The translations under genes and the position numbers were made by a program. 32,000 bases of DNA, from positions 1,200,001 to 1,232,000 of the forward strand of contig NC_009776.1 in NCBI RefSeq assembly GCF_000017945.1, in the 5' to 3' direction. Below are positions 16,887 to 25,138 of this stretch, piece by piece (the first letter of the stretch is position 1; each line of letters opens with the position of its first letter). Origin of the DNA: Ignicoccus hospitalis KIN4/I. GTDB taxonomy: Archaea > Thermoproteota > Thermoprotei_A > Sulfolobales > Ignicoccaceae. The notes under the pieces are model-generated. The model searched no databases. It had not been told where the DNA came from and saw only the letters and a program-made list of their open reading frames with translations.

Positions 16887-17798
16887 GTGGACTACCTTAA
16901 TAGTGAGGCGTTCGACGAAAGGCCGGTTGGCGTTGCAGACGTCGGGGGCACCAAGACCAGGGTAGCCTTGTATGAAAACGACTCCTTAAAGGAGCTGGAG
17001 GAGTTCCCGACCCCTAAAGAGGAGCCCCTCTGGAAGCCTCTTTGGAGCTACTTCAAGGATAAAGAAGTCCAAAATATCGTGATAGCTACCATGGGACCCC
17101 TAAAGATGAGCGAGGGAAAGGTGGTCTCTAATCCCCATTCTCAAATTAAAGATCAAGAGGTCGGGAGGCCCTTAATGGAACGCTTGAAGATTCCGGTCTT
17201 GGTGATCAACGACTGCGTCGCGGGGGCTTACGCGGAGTTCAAGGCGAGGAACGTGGAGAACTTAGTCTACTTAGCCTTTGGCACCGGAGTGGGGGCCGGC
17301 GCCGTCGTAGACGGGAGGCTCTTACTAGGGAGGGAGGGCAACGCCCACGAGGTCGGGCACTTCGTCATGTCCTTAGGCCTCGGGTTGAGGTGTGGGTGCG
17401 GTAAGACGGACCACGCCGAGGCGGTGTTGGGCGGAAGTAACATAGTAAACTATTTCAAGAGGGAAGGCTTCGAGGCCCGGAACGCGGCCGAGCTGTTCAA
17501 CCTTATCAGATCTAACCCAAAGGCCTTCGAACTTTTCAAGAGGGCTTTGAACTCGTTCGTCAGCTCGGTGATAGCTTTCTACGATCCGGAGGTAGTGGTC
17601 CTAGGAGGGGGCGTGTTTTCAAAGAATAAGAAGGTTTTCTTCTCTGCGCTGGAGGAACTGGAGGACTACTTGTTGTGGGAAGCCCCGAAAGTCGAAGAAG
17701 CCCTCTACGGCGAGCTGAGCCCCCTCTACGGGGCGGGAGCTTTAGGAGTAGAGAGGCCCCAGTGGTTAATAAAGAAGTTGAGGTATGTGTTCAAGTAG
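16887..17798 (+). CDS. ROK family sugar kinase (glucokinase/hexokinase-like)
   Basis: VADVGGTKTRVALYE, VLVINDCVAGAYAE, LAFGTGVGAGAVVDGRLLLGREGNAHEVGHFV, LRCGCGKTDHAEAVLGG (ROK zinc motif), EVVVLGGGVF. Confidence 0.9.
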   Translation: MDYLNSEAFDERPVGVADVGGTKTRVALYENDSLKELEEFPTPKEEPLWKPLWSYFKDKEVQNIVIATMGPLKMSEGKVVSNPHSQIKDQEVGRPLMERLKIPVLVINDCVAGAYAEFKARNVENLVYLAFGTGVGAGAVVDGRLLLGREGNAHEVGHFVMSLGLGLRCGCGKTDHAEAVLGGSNIVNYFKREGFEARNAAELFNLIRSNPKAFELFKRALNSFVSSVIAFYDPEVVVLGGGVFSKNKKVFFSALEELEDYLLWEAPKVEEALYGELSPLYGAGALGVERPQWLIKKLRYVFK

Positions 17799-17848
17799 GC
17801 CTTTCAGAAACTTTGGGGTTTCGTCGAGAAAGCCTTTAGGGAAGCGGC

Positions 17849-18271
17849 TTGCCGGTGGTTTTCGTGTGTTCTAACTGCGGCCACGCGATAAACGTTTACG
17901 TCCGACACGGATCCAGCGGAGTTCCCACCCTCGAGAGCGTGCTCCAATACTACGAGTGCCCACATTGCCACGCCACGCTCATCCCGGACCTGGACTTCGT
18001 CGACGTGGAGGCGCTAGTTTGGAGCCCGGGACTAGTAAAGAAAATAGTAGAGGGGAAGCTGACGCCCGAGGAGAGGAAGAAGCTCGAGAGCACCCCTAAG
18101 GGTAAAAAGATATTGAAGGTCGTCCCGGCTTTGAGAGAGCTCCTCCAGAAGTACGAGCTGGCGAAGAAGAGCTCGAAGCTTAGCAGTATAATAAATGACA
18201 GCAAGAAAGTGCGTAAGGGTAGCCTCAGGGGTTTAAGCTCGAGGGGGCGCCGCTCGAGCCCCCATAAGTAA
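17849..18271 (+). CDS. Zinc-ribbon-containing hypothetical protein
   Basis: FVCSNCGHAINV...YYECPHCHATLIPDLDF (C-x2-C...C-x2-C) followed by a basic helical tail. Confidence 0.6.
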   Translation: MPVVFVCSNCGHAINVYVRHGSSGVPTLESVLQYYECPHCHATLIPDLDFVDVEALVWSPGLVKKIVEGKLTPEERKKLESTPKGKKILKVVPALRELLQKYELAKKSSKLSSIINDSKKVRKGSLRGLSSRGRRSSPHK

Positions 18272-18275
18272 CGCG

Positions 18276-18812
18276 TCACTCGGGGGAGAGCTCCACTTCG
18301 CCCTCTTTCTTCTTCTTTTCCTTCTTCTCTATGACTATCTCGAGTACGCCGTTGTTGAACCTAGCTTTGGCGGTTTCCGGCTTCACCTTGGTAGGTAGGG
18401 CGACCCTCTTGTAGTACTTCTTACCGTTCCTAGCCCTTATCTCCACGTAGTCCTCCCCCACCTTCACCTTTATCTTGTCCTTCTCCGCCCCGGGCAGCTC
18501 GGCCACCACGGTCACCTTGTCGTCCTCTTCCATCACGTCCACGAGGGGCTCGAACTCCTCCTCCTTGACCTCGGCTCCGGCGAGGCCCCTGCGCACGTTA
18601 CCGAACTCCCTAATGACGGGCCTGCCGTCGGGGCCTATGCTTATCGAGAACCCGTAGACATAAGGTCCGAAGCGCTCTACCCTAACGTTGCCGCTCCTCA
18701 TAGCTTCTTCCATGACCCTCTCCAACTCTTCTTCGAACATGCTCAGCTCCCTTTCGATGTCTCTCAACAAGTAGTCGAAGAGGTCGAAGATGCCCCTCCT
18801 CCTCCAAACCAT
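18276..18812 (-). CDS. hsp20: Hsp20/alpha-crystallin family small heat shock protein
   Basis: EPLVDVMEEDDKVTVVAELPGAEKDKIKVKVGEDYVEIRARNGKKYYKRVALPTKVKPETAKARFNNGVLEIVIEKKE; ATG at 18812 (MVWRRRGIFD) preferred over the track start 18941. Confidence 0.92.
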   Translation of the reverse strand: MVWRRRGIFDLFDYLLRDIERELSMFEEELERVMEEAMRSGNVRVERFGPYVYGFSISIGPDGRPVIREFGNVRRGLAGAEVKEEEFEPLVDVMEEDDKVTVVAELPGAEKDKIKVKVGEDYVEIRARNGKKYYKRVALPTKVKPETAKARFNNGVLEIVIEKKEKKKKEGEVELSPE

Positions 18813-18843
18813 CGTGTTTCCCGAGAATGGGGCGCGCCGAAAC

Positions 18844-18850
18844 TTTATAA
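18844..18850 (-). promoter_or_regulatory. Probable TATA box of hsp20
   Basis: TTATAAA on the minus strand, 32 nt before the hsp20 ATG, in the 47-nt gap after the TetR stop codon. Confidence 0.55.
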
Positions 18851-18859
18851 GAGGGGGAG

Positions 18860-19405
18860 CTAGCACTTCATGTATTTGGAGAACAAGGATTTTATAACCT
18901 CCTTTGTGTACTCCTTCGGCGTCCCAGAGGAGACGTTGCACAGCAAGCTCCCGTGGAGGGCCCTCGCGAAGGCATCTAGGAGGGGGCCCAGCCCCTCGTT
19001 ACACGTTATGAGTTTTACAATACTTTTCAAGTCTACCTCACAGAAGGTCTCGTACATCTCCCTATACTTGGGGTCTAGCGTGGCTAAGTCGAGCAGGTGG
19101 AAGGTGAGCTTAACGTTTATATCATTCCTCAAGAAGTCGTAGTACTTGTCAACGAGGCAATCTATCATCTCGTGTCCTTTCAACTTCCTCTTCAAACACT
19201 CTTCGACTATTCTCGAGGGCGATACGGTCTTTATTACTTCGCTCACTAGATTCTCCTTGTTTTTGAAGTACCAAAAAACTAAGGTCTTAGAAACTCCCAC
19301 CCTTCTCGCGATGCTTTCAATGGAGCCCTTCTGGAAGCCTTGCTCGGCGAACACCTCTCTGGCGGCTTGGAGGATCTTGGCGCGGGTGTCCGGGCTCTCG
19401 CTCAA
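18860..19405 (-). CDS. TetR/AcrR family transcriptional regulator
   Basis: TRAKILQAAREVFAEQGFQKGSIESIARRVGVSKTLVFWYFKNKENLVSEVI helix-turn-helix domain; TTG at 19405 preferred over the track start 19489. Confidence 0.87.
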   Translation of the reverse strand: MSESPDTRAKILQAAREVFAEQGFQKGSIESIARRVGVSKTLVFWYFKNKENLVSEVIKTVSPSRIVEECLKRKLKGHEMIDCLVDKYYDFLRNDINVKLTFHLLDLATLDPKYREMYETFCEVDLKSIVKLITCNEGLGPLLDAFARALHGSLLCNVSSGTPKEYTKEVIKSLFSKYMKC

Positions 19406-19461
19406 GGGGTTTCCCCTAGGGGGGATTTCCGGAGAGTAAATGAAGGGATTGGAGGAAAGGC

Positions 19462-19549
19462 TGGTGCGGGGGGTGGGATTTGAACCCACGCAGGCCTACG
19501 CCATCGGGTCCTCAGCCCGACCCCTTTGGCCAGGCTCGGGCACCCCCGC
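19462..19549 (-). tRNA. tRNA-Leu (anticodon GAG), class II, 3' CCA encoded
   Basis: Acceptor GCGGGGG/CCCCCGC, anticodon arm TCGGG-CTGAGGA-CCCGA, long variable arm, T arm GTGGG-TTCAAAT-CCCAC, discriminator A, then CCA in the DNA. Confidence 0.93.
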
Positions 19550-19680
19550 GAGGCTCCGTCCCCCACTCCCGGCTTACCCTTAAAAGTTTATTCAGCCAAG
19601 GGTGGGTTCCTCACCGTTCGGACCCTAAGGTCTTCATCATAAATTGTCCTCCCGGATTCTGCGAGAGGGCATAAGAAATC

Positions 19681-20886
19681 TTGATGCCGCTTTTGGGAGT
19701 GGTAGGTAAAACCAACGTCGGGAAGTCGACCTTCTTCAGCGCGGCCACGCTGGTCGAGGTAGAGACAGAAAATAGGCCGTTTGTAACCATAGACCCGAAC
19801 GTGGGCGTGACGCACGTTAGGAAGAGGTGTGCTCACGTAGAACTCGGGTTGCCGAAGTGCGACCCGGTCGACGGCTTCTGCTTGAAGGGGTGGAGGTTCA
19901 TACCGGTGAAGCTGGTCGACGTGGCCGGCCTGGTGCCGGGGGCAGCGGAGGGGAGGGGCTTGGGGACCAAGTTCCTAGACGAGGTCAGGAAGGCCGACGC
20001 CTTATTGATCGTGGTGGACGCGTCGGGCAGCACGGACGCAGAAGGCAACCCCGTGCCCCCGGGTACCCACAACCCGGCAGAGGACGTGCAAATTCTCTTA
20101 AACGAGTTCTCGGGTTGGGTGTTCTCTCAAATGAAGAAGGACTGGAAGAGCTTCGTGACGAAGGTATCAACTATGGGCATCAGAGCGGCAGAAGCAATGA
20201 AGGAGAGGCTGAGCGGGTTTAGCGTTAAGGAGAGAGAAATCATTAAGGCAATAAACGAGCTCTCTCTCGATGAGAACTTGGCTAAATGGAGCGAAGAGGA
20301 CTTAAAGAATTTCGTGAGGAAGGTGATAGAGCTCAGGCCGAAGGTTATAGTCGCTAACAAGTCAGACTCCGACTTCGCGGAGAGAGGCATTGAAATGTTG
20401 AGGGAGGCGTACCCGAGGACCCCAGTGATCCCTACCTCGGCCGCGGCGGAGTTGATACTCAGAAAGGCCGCCAAGGCCGGCGCGATAGAGTACGTTCCGG
20501 GCGACTCGAGCTTTCAAATAATAGATGAAAAGAAGCTGACCGAGAAGCAGAAGAAAGTGCTAAAGATGATAGAAAAGAAGGTGCTTGAGAGGTGGGGCAA
20601 CACCGGAGTAGTACAATCCCTCAACGAAGCGGTCTTCGGACAGCTCGAGATGGTCGTGGTCTACCCCGTTCACGACGCTAACAAGTTCACCGACAGCGAG
20701 GGCAGAGTGTTGCCAGAAGCGAGGCTAGTCCCTAAGGGGACGAAGGTGAAGGAGTTCGCAGCACAGATACACAGCGACTTGGCCAAGGGCTTCCTCTACG
20801 CGATAGACGCTAGGACCGGGAGGAGGCTGGGGGCCGACGCTGAAGTCGAGGATGGAATGGTAATAAAGGTAGTTTCGGCTAAGTAA
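19681..20886 (+). CDS. ychF: YchF-type OBG-family GTP-binding/ATPase protein
   Basis: LLGVVGKTNVGKSTFFSAAT (P-loop), NRPFVTIDPNVGVTHVR, KLVDVAGLVPGAAEGRGLGTKFLDEVRKADALLIVVDASG, IVANKSDS; C-terminal TGS-like region. Confidence 0.9.
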   Translation: MMPLLGVVGKTNVGKSTFFSAATLVEVETENRPFVTIDPNVGVTHVRKRCAHVELGLPKCDPVDGFCLKGWRFIPVKLVDVAGLVPGAAEGRGLGTKFLDEVRKADALLIVVDASGSTDAEGNPVPPGTHNPAEDVQILLNEFSGWVFSQMKKDWKSFVTKVSTMGIRAAEAMKERLSGFSVKEREIIKAINELSLDENLAKWSEEDLKNFVRKVIELRPKVIVANKSDSDFAERGIEMLREAYPRTPVIPTSAAAELILRKAAKAGAIEYVPGDSSFQIIDEKKLTEKQKKVLKMIEKKVLERWGNTGVVQSLNEAVFGQLEMVVVYPVHDANKFTDSEGRVLPEARLVPKGTKVKEFAAQIHSDLAKGFLYAIDARTGRRLGADAEVEDGMVIKVVSAK

Positions 20887-20902
20887 TTTACCGACCGGTA
20901 AA
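20887..20902. promoter_or_regulatory. Perfect inverted repeat TTTACC-GACC-GGTAAA upstream of the hydrogenase TATA box
   Basis: Direct reading; starts at the ychF stop codon and precedes the TATA element. Confidence 0.5.
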
Positions 20903-20910
20903 AGAAAGGG

Positions 20911-20916
20911 TATATA
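20911..20916 (+). promoter_or_regulatory. TATA box of the hydrogenase operon
   Basis: aaagggTATATAgg, 54 nt upstream of the small-subunit ATG at 20970. Confidence 0.6.
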
Positions 20917-20969
20917 GGTTATTTACCAGCCGAGAATGTGGGGCAGAGCCTCAAGAGTGTGGTGAGAGC

Positions 20970-22238
20970 ATGAGCGTCACCAAACCTCGTAGGGAGTTCC
21001 TCAAGAAGTTGGGAGCCAGCACCTTACTGTTGGGGGCACTGAGCAACATAGACTGGGCAAACGCTATGGAGATGTTTAAGGAAGCCGTTAGGAAGGGCAA
21101 GGTTAACATAGTCTGGTTCGAGGCCCAGAGCTGCACGGGCGACACCACCTCCTTGATCCAAGCCACCGACCCGGACTTGGTAGAGGTCTTAACCGGAGCT
21201 ATCCACCTAGCCGGACCCGGCACGGTGGGGCTCGCCTTCCACGACACCGTAATGCCCGAGTGGGGAGAGGGAGCTATAGAGATACTCAAGCTCGCCGAGA
21301 GCGGCGCCTACGACCCCTTCGTGTTGGTCATAGAGGGTTCCATACCCGACGAGAACCACGCGAGGAAGTTCTGCAAGGACCCCAACCGCTGCGGCTACTA
21401 CTGCTTCGTGGGCGAGGAGAACGGGCGAGTGGTGACTTGTACCGAGTGGATACATAGGTTAGCTAAGAGGGCAGTCGCCGTAGTCGCCGCTGGCACGTGC
21501 GCGTCCTACGGAGGCATACCCTCCAACAAGGTCCTCGAGCCCCCTCCGGGCTGGAGCTACCCCGAATGGAGCTTAGCCCCCACCGGCGCTGTAGGCTTCT
21601 TCGACGACCCGGTCAAGGGCTACAAGGGCTTGATAAGCCGCCACGCGGAGCTGCCGAACCTCACCCCGTACTTCAACTACATCTTCAGAGATTGTGAGCC
21701 CGAGCTAAGCCCCGGGAGCACTTGTAAGCCCGCCGTAGCAGTGCCCGGTTGTCCGACCAACGGCAACGGCATACTAAGGGTGCTAGTACACCTAGTGTTG
21801 GCCGCGCTCTACCCGGACGTGGTACCCTTGCCTAGGGCTTCCGAGTGGCTAGACCAGTACGCGAGGCCGAAGTACTTGTTCGGTCGCACGGTGCACGAGC
21901 AGTGTCCTAGGGCTGGCTACTACGCTGCCGGGGACTTGAGGAGGTTGCCGGGCGACAACGACGCGAAGTGTCTGTTCGCGGTAGGGTGCAAGGGCCCGGC
22001 AGCGAACTGTCCTTGGAACAAGGTCGGCTGGGTTAACGGCGTGGGCGGCCCCACGAGAACCGGAGGCGTGTGTATAGGCTGTACCATGCCGGGCTTCAGC
22101 GACGCCTTCGAGCCCTTCTACAAGCCACTCCCGGCCCCGGCCGCTCCCAGCGCGCCCGAGGCCTTGGCCACCGCGGTCGGAGCGGCCGCGATAGGTGCGG
22201 TGGTAGGATACGCGCTTACTAAAAAGGCAAAGGGGTAA
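20970..22238 (+). CDS. hynS: [NiFe] hydrogenase small subunit, Tat-exported, C-terminal membrane anchor
   Basis: Tat signal KPRREFLKKLGAS; VWFEAQSCTGD, VIEGSIPDENH, AAGTCASYGGIP, VAVPGCPTNGNGIL, CPRAGYYAAGD, CPWNKVGW, GGVCIGCTMPGF; hydrophobic C-terminal segment ATAVGAAAIGAVVGYAL. Confidence 0.93.
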   Translation: MSVTKPRREFLKKLGASTLLLGALSNIDWANAMEMFKEAVRKGKVNIVWFEAQSCTGDTTSLIQATDPDLVEVLTGAIHLAGPGTVGLAFHDTVMPEWGEGAIEILKLAESGAYDPFVLVIEGSIPDENHARKFCKDPNRCGYYCFVGEENGRVVTCTEWIHRLAKRAVAVVAAGTCASYGGIPSNKVLEPPPGWSYPEWSLAPTGAVGFFDDPVKGYKGLISRHAELPNLTPYFNYIFRDCEPELSPGSTCKPAVAVPGCPTNGNGILRVLVHLVLAALYPDVVPLPRASEWLDQYARPKYLFGRTVHEQCPRAGYYAAGDLRRLPGDNDAKCLFAVGCKGPAANCPWNKVGWVNGVGGPTRTGGVCIGCTMPGFSDAFEPFYKPLPAPAAPSAPEALATAVGAAAIGAVVGYALTKKAKG

Positions 22239-22252
22239 GGGGGTGAGGGAGC

Positions 22253-24247
22253 ATGTCCGAGAAGGTTAACCGTCCGGTAAGGAAGGAGGAGAAGAAGGAC
22301 CCCAAGATGGTCCTCCTAGCCCCTAACGTCAAGAGGATAAAGGGCAACACTGCCGAGATATTCATTGACCCCATAACGAGGATCGAAGGCCACCTAGGCC
22401 TCAAGGCAGAGGTTGACGTAACCAGCAGGAAGACCACCAACACTTGGGTGTTCGCCACCATGTTCAGAGGCTTCGAAGTGTTCATGAGGGGGAGGCCGCC
22501 TGAGGACGCCATCGCGATATCCTCTAGGGTCTGCGGCGTTTGCGGCGCCAGCCACGCCAACGCGGCCACTATGGCGACCGACATGGCGCTGGGCGCCGTG
22601 CCCACTCCCTTAGGAGTGGTCCTCAGGAACATGGCTTTCGTGATGACCGACTTGCTATATGATCACGCTATAATACTTAACTTGCTCGGAGGGCCGGACT
22701 ACAGCGAGGTCGCGGTCAGCAAGCTCACCCCCAGCTGCTGGGAGGCCGCCAAGACCACGCCGGCCGAGTACTCCGCGGTCCACGGCTACAGGACGATAGC
22801 CGACATAATGAAGGATATGAACCCGATAACCGGGAGGATATGGCAGCTCACCGTGAAGTATCAGAGGATAGCGAGAGAGGCCGGCGTGCTCATTTACGGA
22901 AGGCACTCCCACCCCGCCACTTTGATACCCGGCGGCATAAGCACCGACTTGAGCACCGCTCAGTACCTCTTCGAGGGCTACGCCTTCCGCCTGACCCAAC
23001 TGACCGCTTGGACCAAGTTCGTGGTAGCTGTGTGGATGGATTTGGCAGACTTCTATAACAAGAACTGCAACTACGAGGACGAGGGTTACACGTACTCGAA
23101 GCCTATACTCTACTCCTCCGGCGTCTTCGACGACCCCGAGGCTTACAGCCAGCTCGGCGACGATTACAAGACCATATATGAGAAGATAGACGAAGTGGCC
23201 AAGAAGAGGGCAGCGCCGCCAGGGCTCTACATAGGAGGGGAGTTGGTAACCGAGAACATCACGGAGCACCAGAGGAACGTAGTAGAGCTCGTGGACAGCT
23301 CCTTCTACGAGGAATGGAAAGACAAGACCACCCTCTTCACTAAGACCGACCCGGCGGGCAACCCGCTGGTGGGAGGCGACGAGACCCTAGTGTGGTACCA
23401 CCCGTGGAACAAGACCACCATCCCGAGGCCCACGGACAGCAGTTGGAGCGGCAAGTACAGCTGGGCGGCCACCGTAAGGCTGTACTGGAAAGGGAAGCTA
23501 TACCCGTTCGAAGTCGGCCCGATAGCCAAGATGTACGTAATGGCCCACAGCAACTTGAAGGGTTGGGTCGAGGAGGAAGGGGCGCCCGTCAAGCACGGCG
23601 GCGGCAAGATAGAGGTGACCTTGCCGGCCTCCCGCAACGTGACCGACCTGCCTAAGGGCACTTGGGAAGAGGTGACCTTCACCTACTACGCACCCCCCAA
23701 GAGCACTACCATAGAGAGGGTCAGGGCGAGGGCCTTCGACATGGCGGTCGACGTAGCCGACGCGTGGGCGTTCGTACTGAGGGGGCTGTACTACATCAAC
23801 AGCAAGGGAATGACCCAAGCCTCCAGGCCTTGGAAGGAGCCGGCCTTCTCGCTGGGCTTCGGCCAGCTAGAGGTGCCCAGAGGGAACGTGGAGCACTGGA
23901 TAGTGGTGAAGAACGGGAGAATAGCGAACTACCAGATCCACGCGCCCACTACCCAGAACGTAGGTCCGAGGGCCCCCAAGGGAGAGCTAGCTAGGTACTG
24001 TGCCAACGAGCCTTGGGTCACCAAGAGCCCAGAGGGCTACTGCCTAAGCCCGTTCGAGGCCGCGGCGCTCCACACCGTAGTGAGTGAGGAGGTGGAGCCG
24101 GAGAAGTGGACCGGCTTGGACTACGTGAGGGCGATAAGGAGCTTCGACCCGTGCATAGCTTGTGCCGCTCACATAGAGTTCGTGAAGAACAAGAAGGTGC
24201 TAAAGAGCGTTAAGAAGCTACTCACCAACGCGTGTTCCATACAATAA
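22253..24247 (+). CDS. hynL: [NiFe] hydrogenase large subunit
   Basis: DPITRIEGHLG, SSRVCGVCGASH (L1) and C-terminal SFDPCIACAAH (L2) NiFe-site motifs, followed by a 24-residue tail expected to be cleaved on maturation. Confidence 0.95.
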   Translation: MSEKVNRPVRKEEKKDPKMVLLAPNVKRIKGNTAEIFIDPITRIEGHLGLKAEVDVTSRKTTNTWVFATMFRGFEVFMRGRPPEDAIAISSRVCGVCGASHANAATMATDMALGAVPTPLGVVLRNMAFVMTDLLYDHAIILNLLGGPDYSEVAVSKLTPSCWEAAKTTPAEYSAVHGYRTIADIMKDMNPITGRIWQLTVKYQRIAREAGVLIYGRHSHPATLIPGGISTDLSTAQYLFEGYAFRLTQLTAWTKFVVAVWMDLADFYNKNCNYEDEGYTYSKPILYSSGVFDDPEAYSQLGDDYKTIYEKIDEVAKKRAAPPGLYIGGELVTENITEHQRNVVELVDSSFYEEWKDKTTLFTKTDPAGNPLVGGDETLVWYHPWNKTTIPRPTDSSWSGKYSWAATVRLYWKGKLYPFEVGPIAKMYVMAHSNLKGWVEEEGAPVKHGGGKIEVTLPASRNVTDLPKGTWEEVTFTYYAPPKSTTIERVRARAFDMAVDVADAWAFVLRGLYYINSKGMTQASRPWKEPAFSLGFGQLEVPRGNVEHWIVVKNGRIANYQIHAPTTQNVGPRAPKGELARYCANEPWVTKSPEGYCLSPFEAAALHTVVSEEVEPEKWTGLDYVRAIRSFDPCIACAAHIEFVKNKKVLKSVKKLLTNACSIQ

Positions 24248-24284
24248 GCTTTTTGTTTACCTAGTGGAAAGTAGACCGTTTTAA

Positions 24285-24298
24285 GGTCAAGTTTGACC
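24285..24298. promoter_or_regulatory. Perfect inverted repeat GGTCAA-GT-TTGACC in the hynL-isp1 spacer
   Basis: Direct reading, 15 nt upstream of the next start codon. Confidence 0.4.
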
Positions 24299-24313
24299 GG
24301 AAGGTGAGGAGCC

Positions 24314-25138
24314 ATGACGGTCGGAGGCTGGGGATCGCCCAGCGACCTCTTCAACTTCGCCGTGTACTACCTACTAATACCCTCGGTGTTCGTGTTCAGC
24401 GCCGGGTTCACTTACAGGATAGTGAAAATGATACTGAACGCGAGGATAGGGCCGGCCCAGAAGGGCCACAACAGCTTCCCAGAGCTGGTGAAGGGCCTAA
24501 TCATGACTTTCATAAGACCGATACTCTTCAGCGCGAAGACCAGGCCGGACGACTTCGTGACCGGGCTGGTGTTCCTTCACATAATCGGCGTCATACCGCT
24601 GCTGTTCCTAATGGGCGAACACATAGCGTTCTGGGTGTATTACGTGCCGGGGTACATCAACCTATGGCCCTTCAACGTACCGCTGAGCATGACCACTGCA
24701 GTACTAACGGTGACTTCACCCATCACCCCGTCCAGCAACATGGCCTTCGCGTTCGTCAACACCATATGGGGCCCGCTGACGGTAGTGCTCAACGGAGACT
24801 TGATGGCACTGCTAGTGTTAATAGCGATAGGCTACAAGTGCGCCTTGAGGCTGACCGAAATAGTGCTCAAACACAACCACACCCCGGCTAGGATAGGGGA
24901 CTTCGTAGCCTACGCGCTGCTGTTCCTCATAGTGTTCTTCGGCTACGCTGCCGCGAGGCACTGGCCGTCCAGCGACGTCGTTACCTACCGTAACGTGCTG
25001 GGCCTTCACGTGCTGTTCGCGGAACTGCTCTTGATGTACATACCGTTTAGTAAGTACTGGCACTTCGTTTTTGGGTACTGGTACGGCAAGCTCCACGAGT
25101 GGTATGACTTAGACGTGAAGAGGGGTGAGGCGATATGA
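24314..25138 (+). CDS. isp1: NarI/DsrM/Isp1-like membrane cytochrome b subunit
   Basis: Multiple TM helices with His residues (LVFLHIIGVIPLLFLMGEHIAFW, NVLGLHVLFAELLLMYIPFSKYWHFVFG); sits between hydrogenase and HdrD-like genes as in Isp-type hydrogenases. Confidence 0.82.
   Translation: MTVGGWGSPSDLFNFAVYYLLIPSVFVFSAGFTYRIVKMILNARIGPAQKGHNSFPELVKGLIMTFIRPILFSAKTRPDDFVTGLVFLHIIGVIPLLFLMGEHIAFWVYYVPGYINLWPFNVPLSMTTAVLTVTSPITPSSNMAFAFVNTIWGPLTVVLNGDLMALLVLIAIGYKCALRLTEIVLKHNHTPARIGDFVAYALLFLIVFFGYAAARHWPSSDVVTYRNVLGLHVLFAELLLMYIPFSKYWHFVFGYWYGKLHEWYDLDVKRGEAI

Noticed and set aside
22655-23818. Minus-strand ORFs 22655-23269 and 23498-23818
   Set aside because: Antisense to the hydrogenase large subunit; no domain-like sequence.
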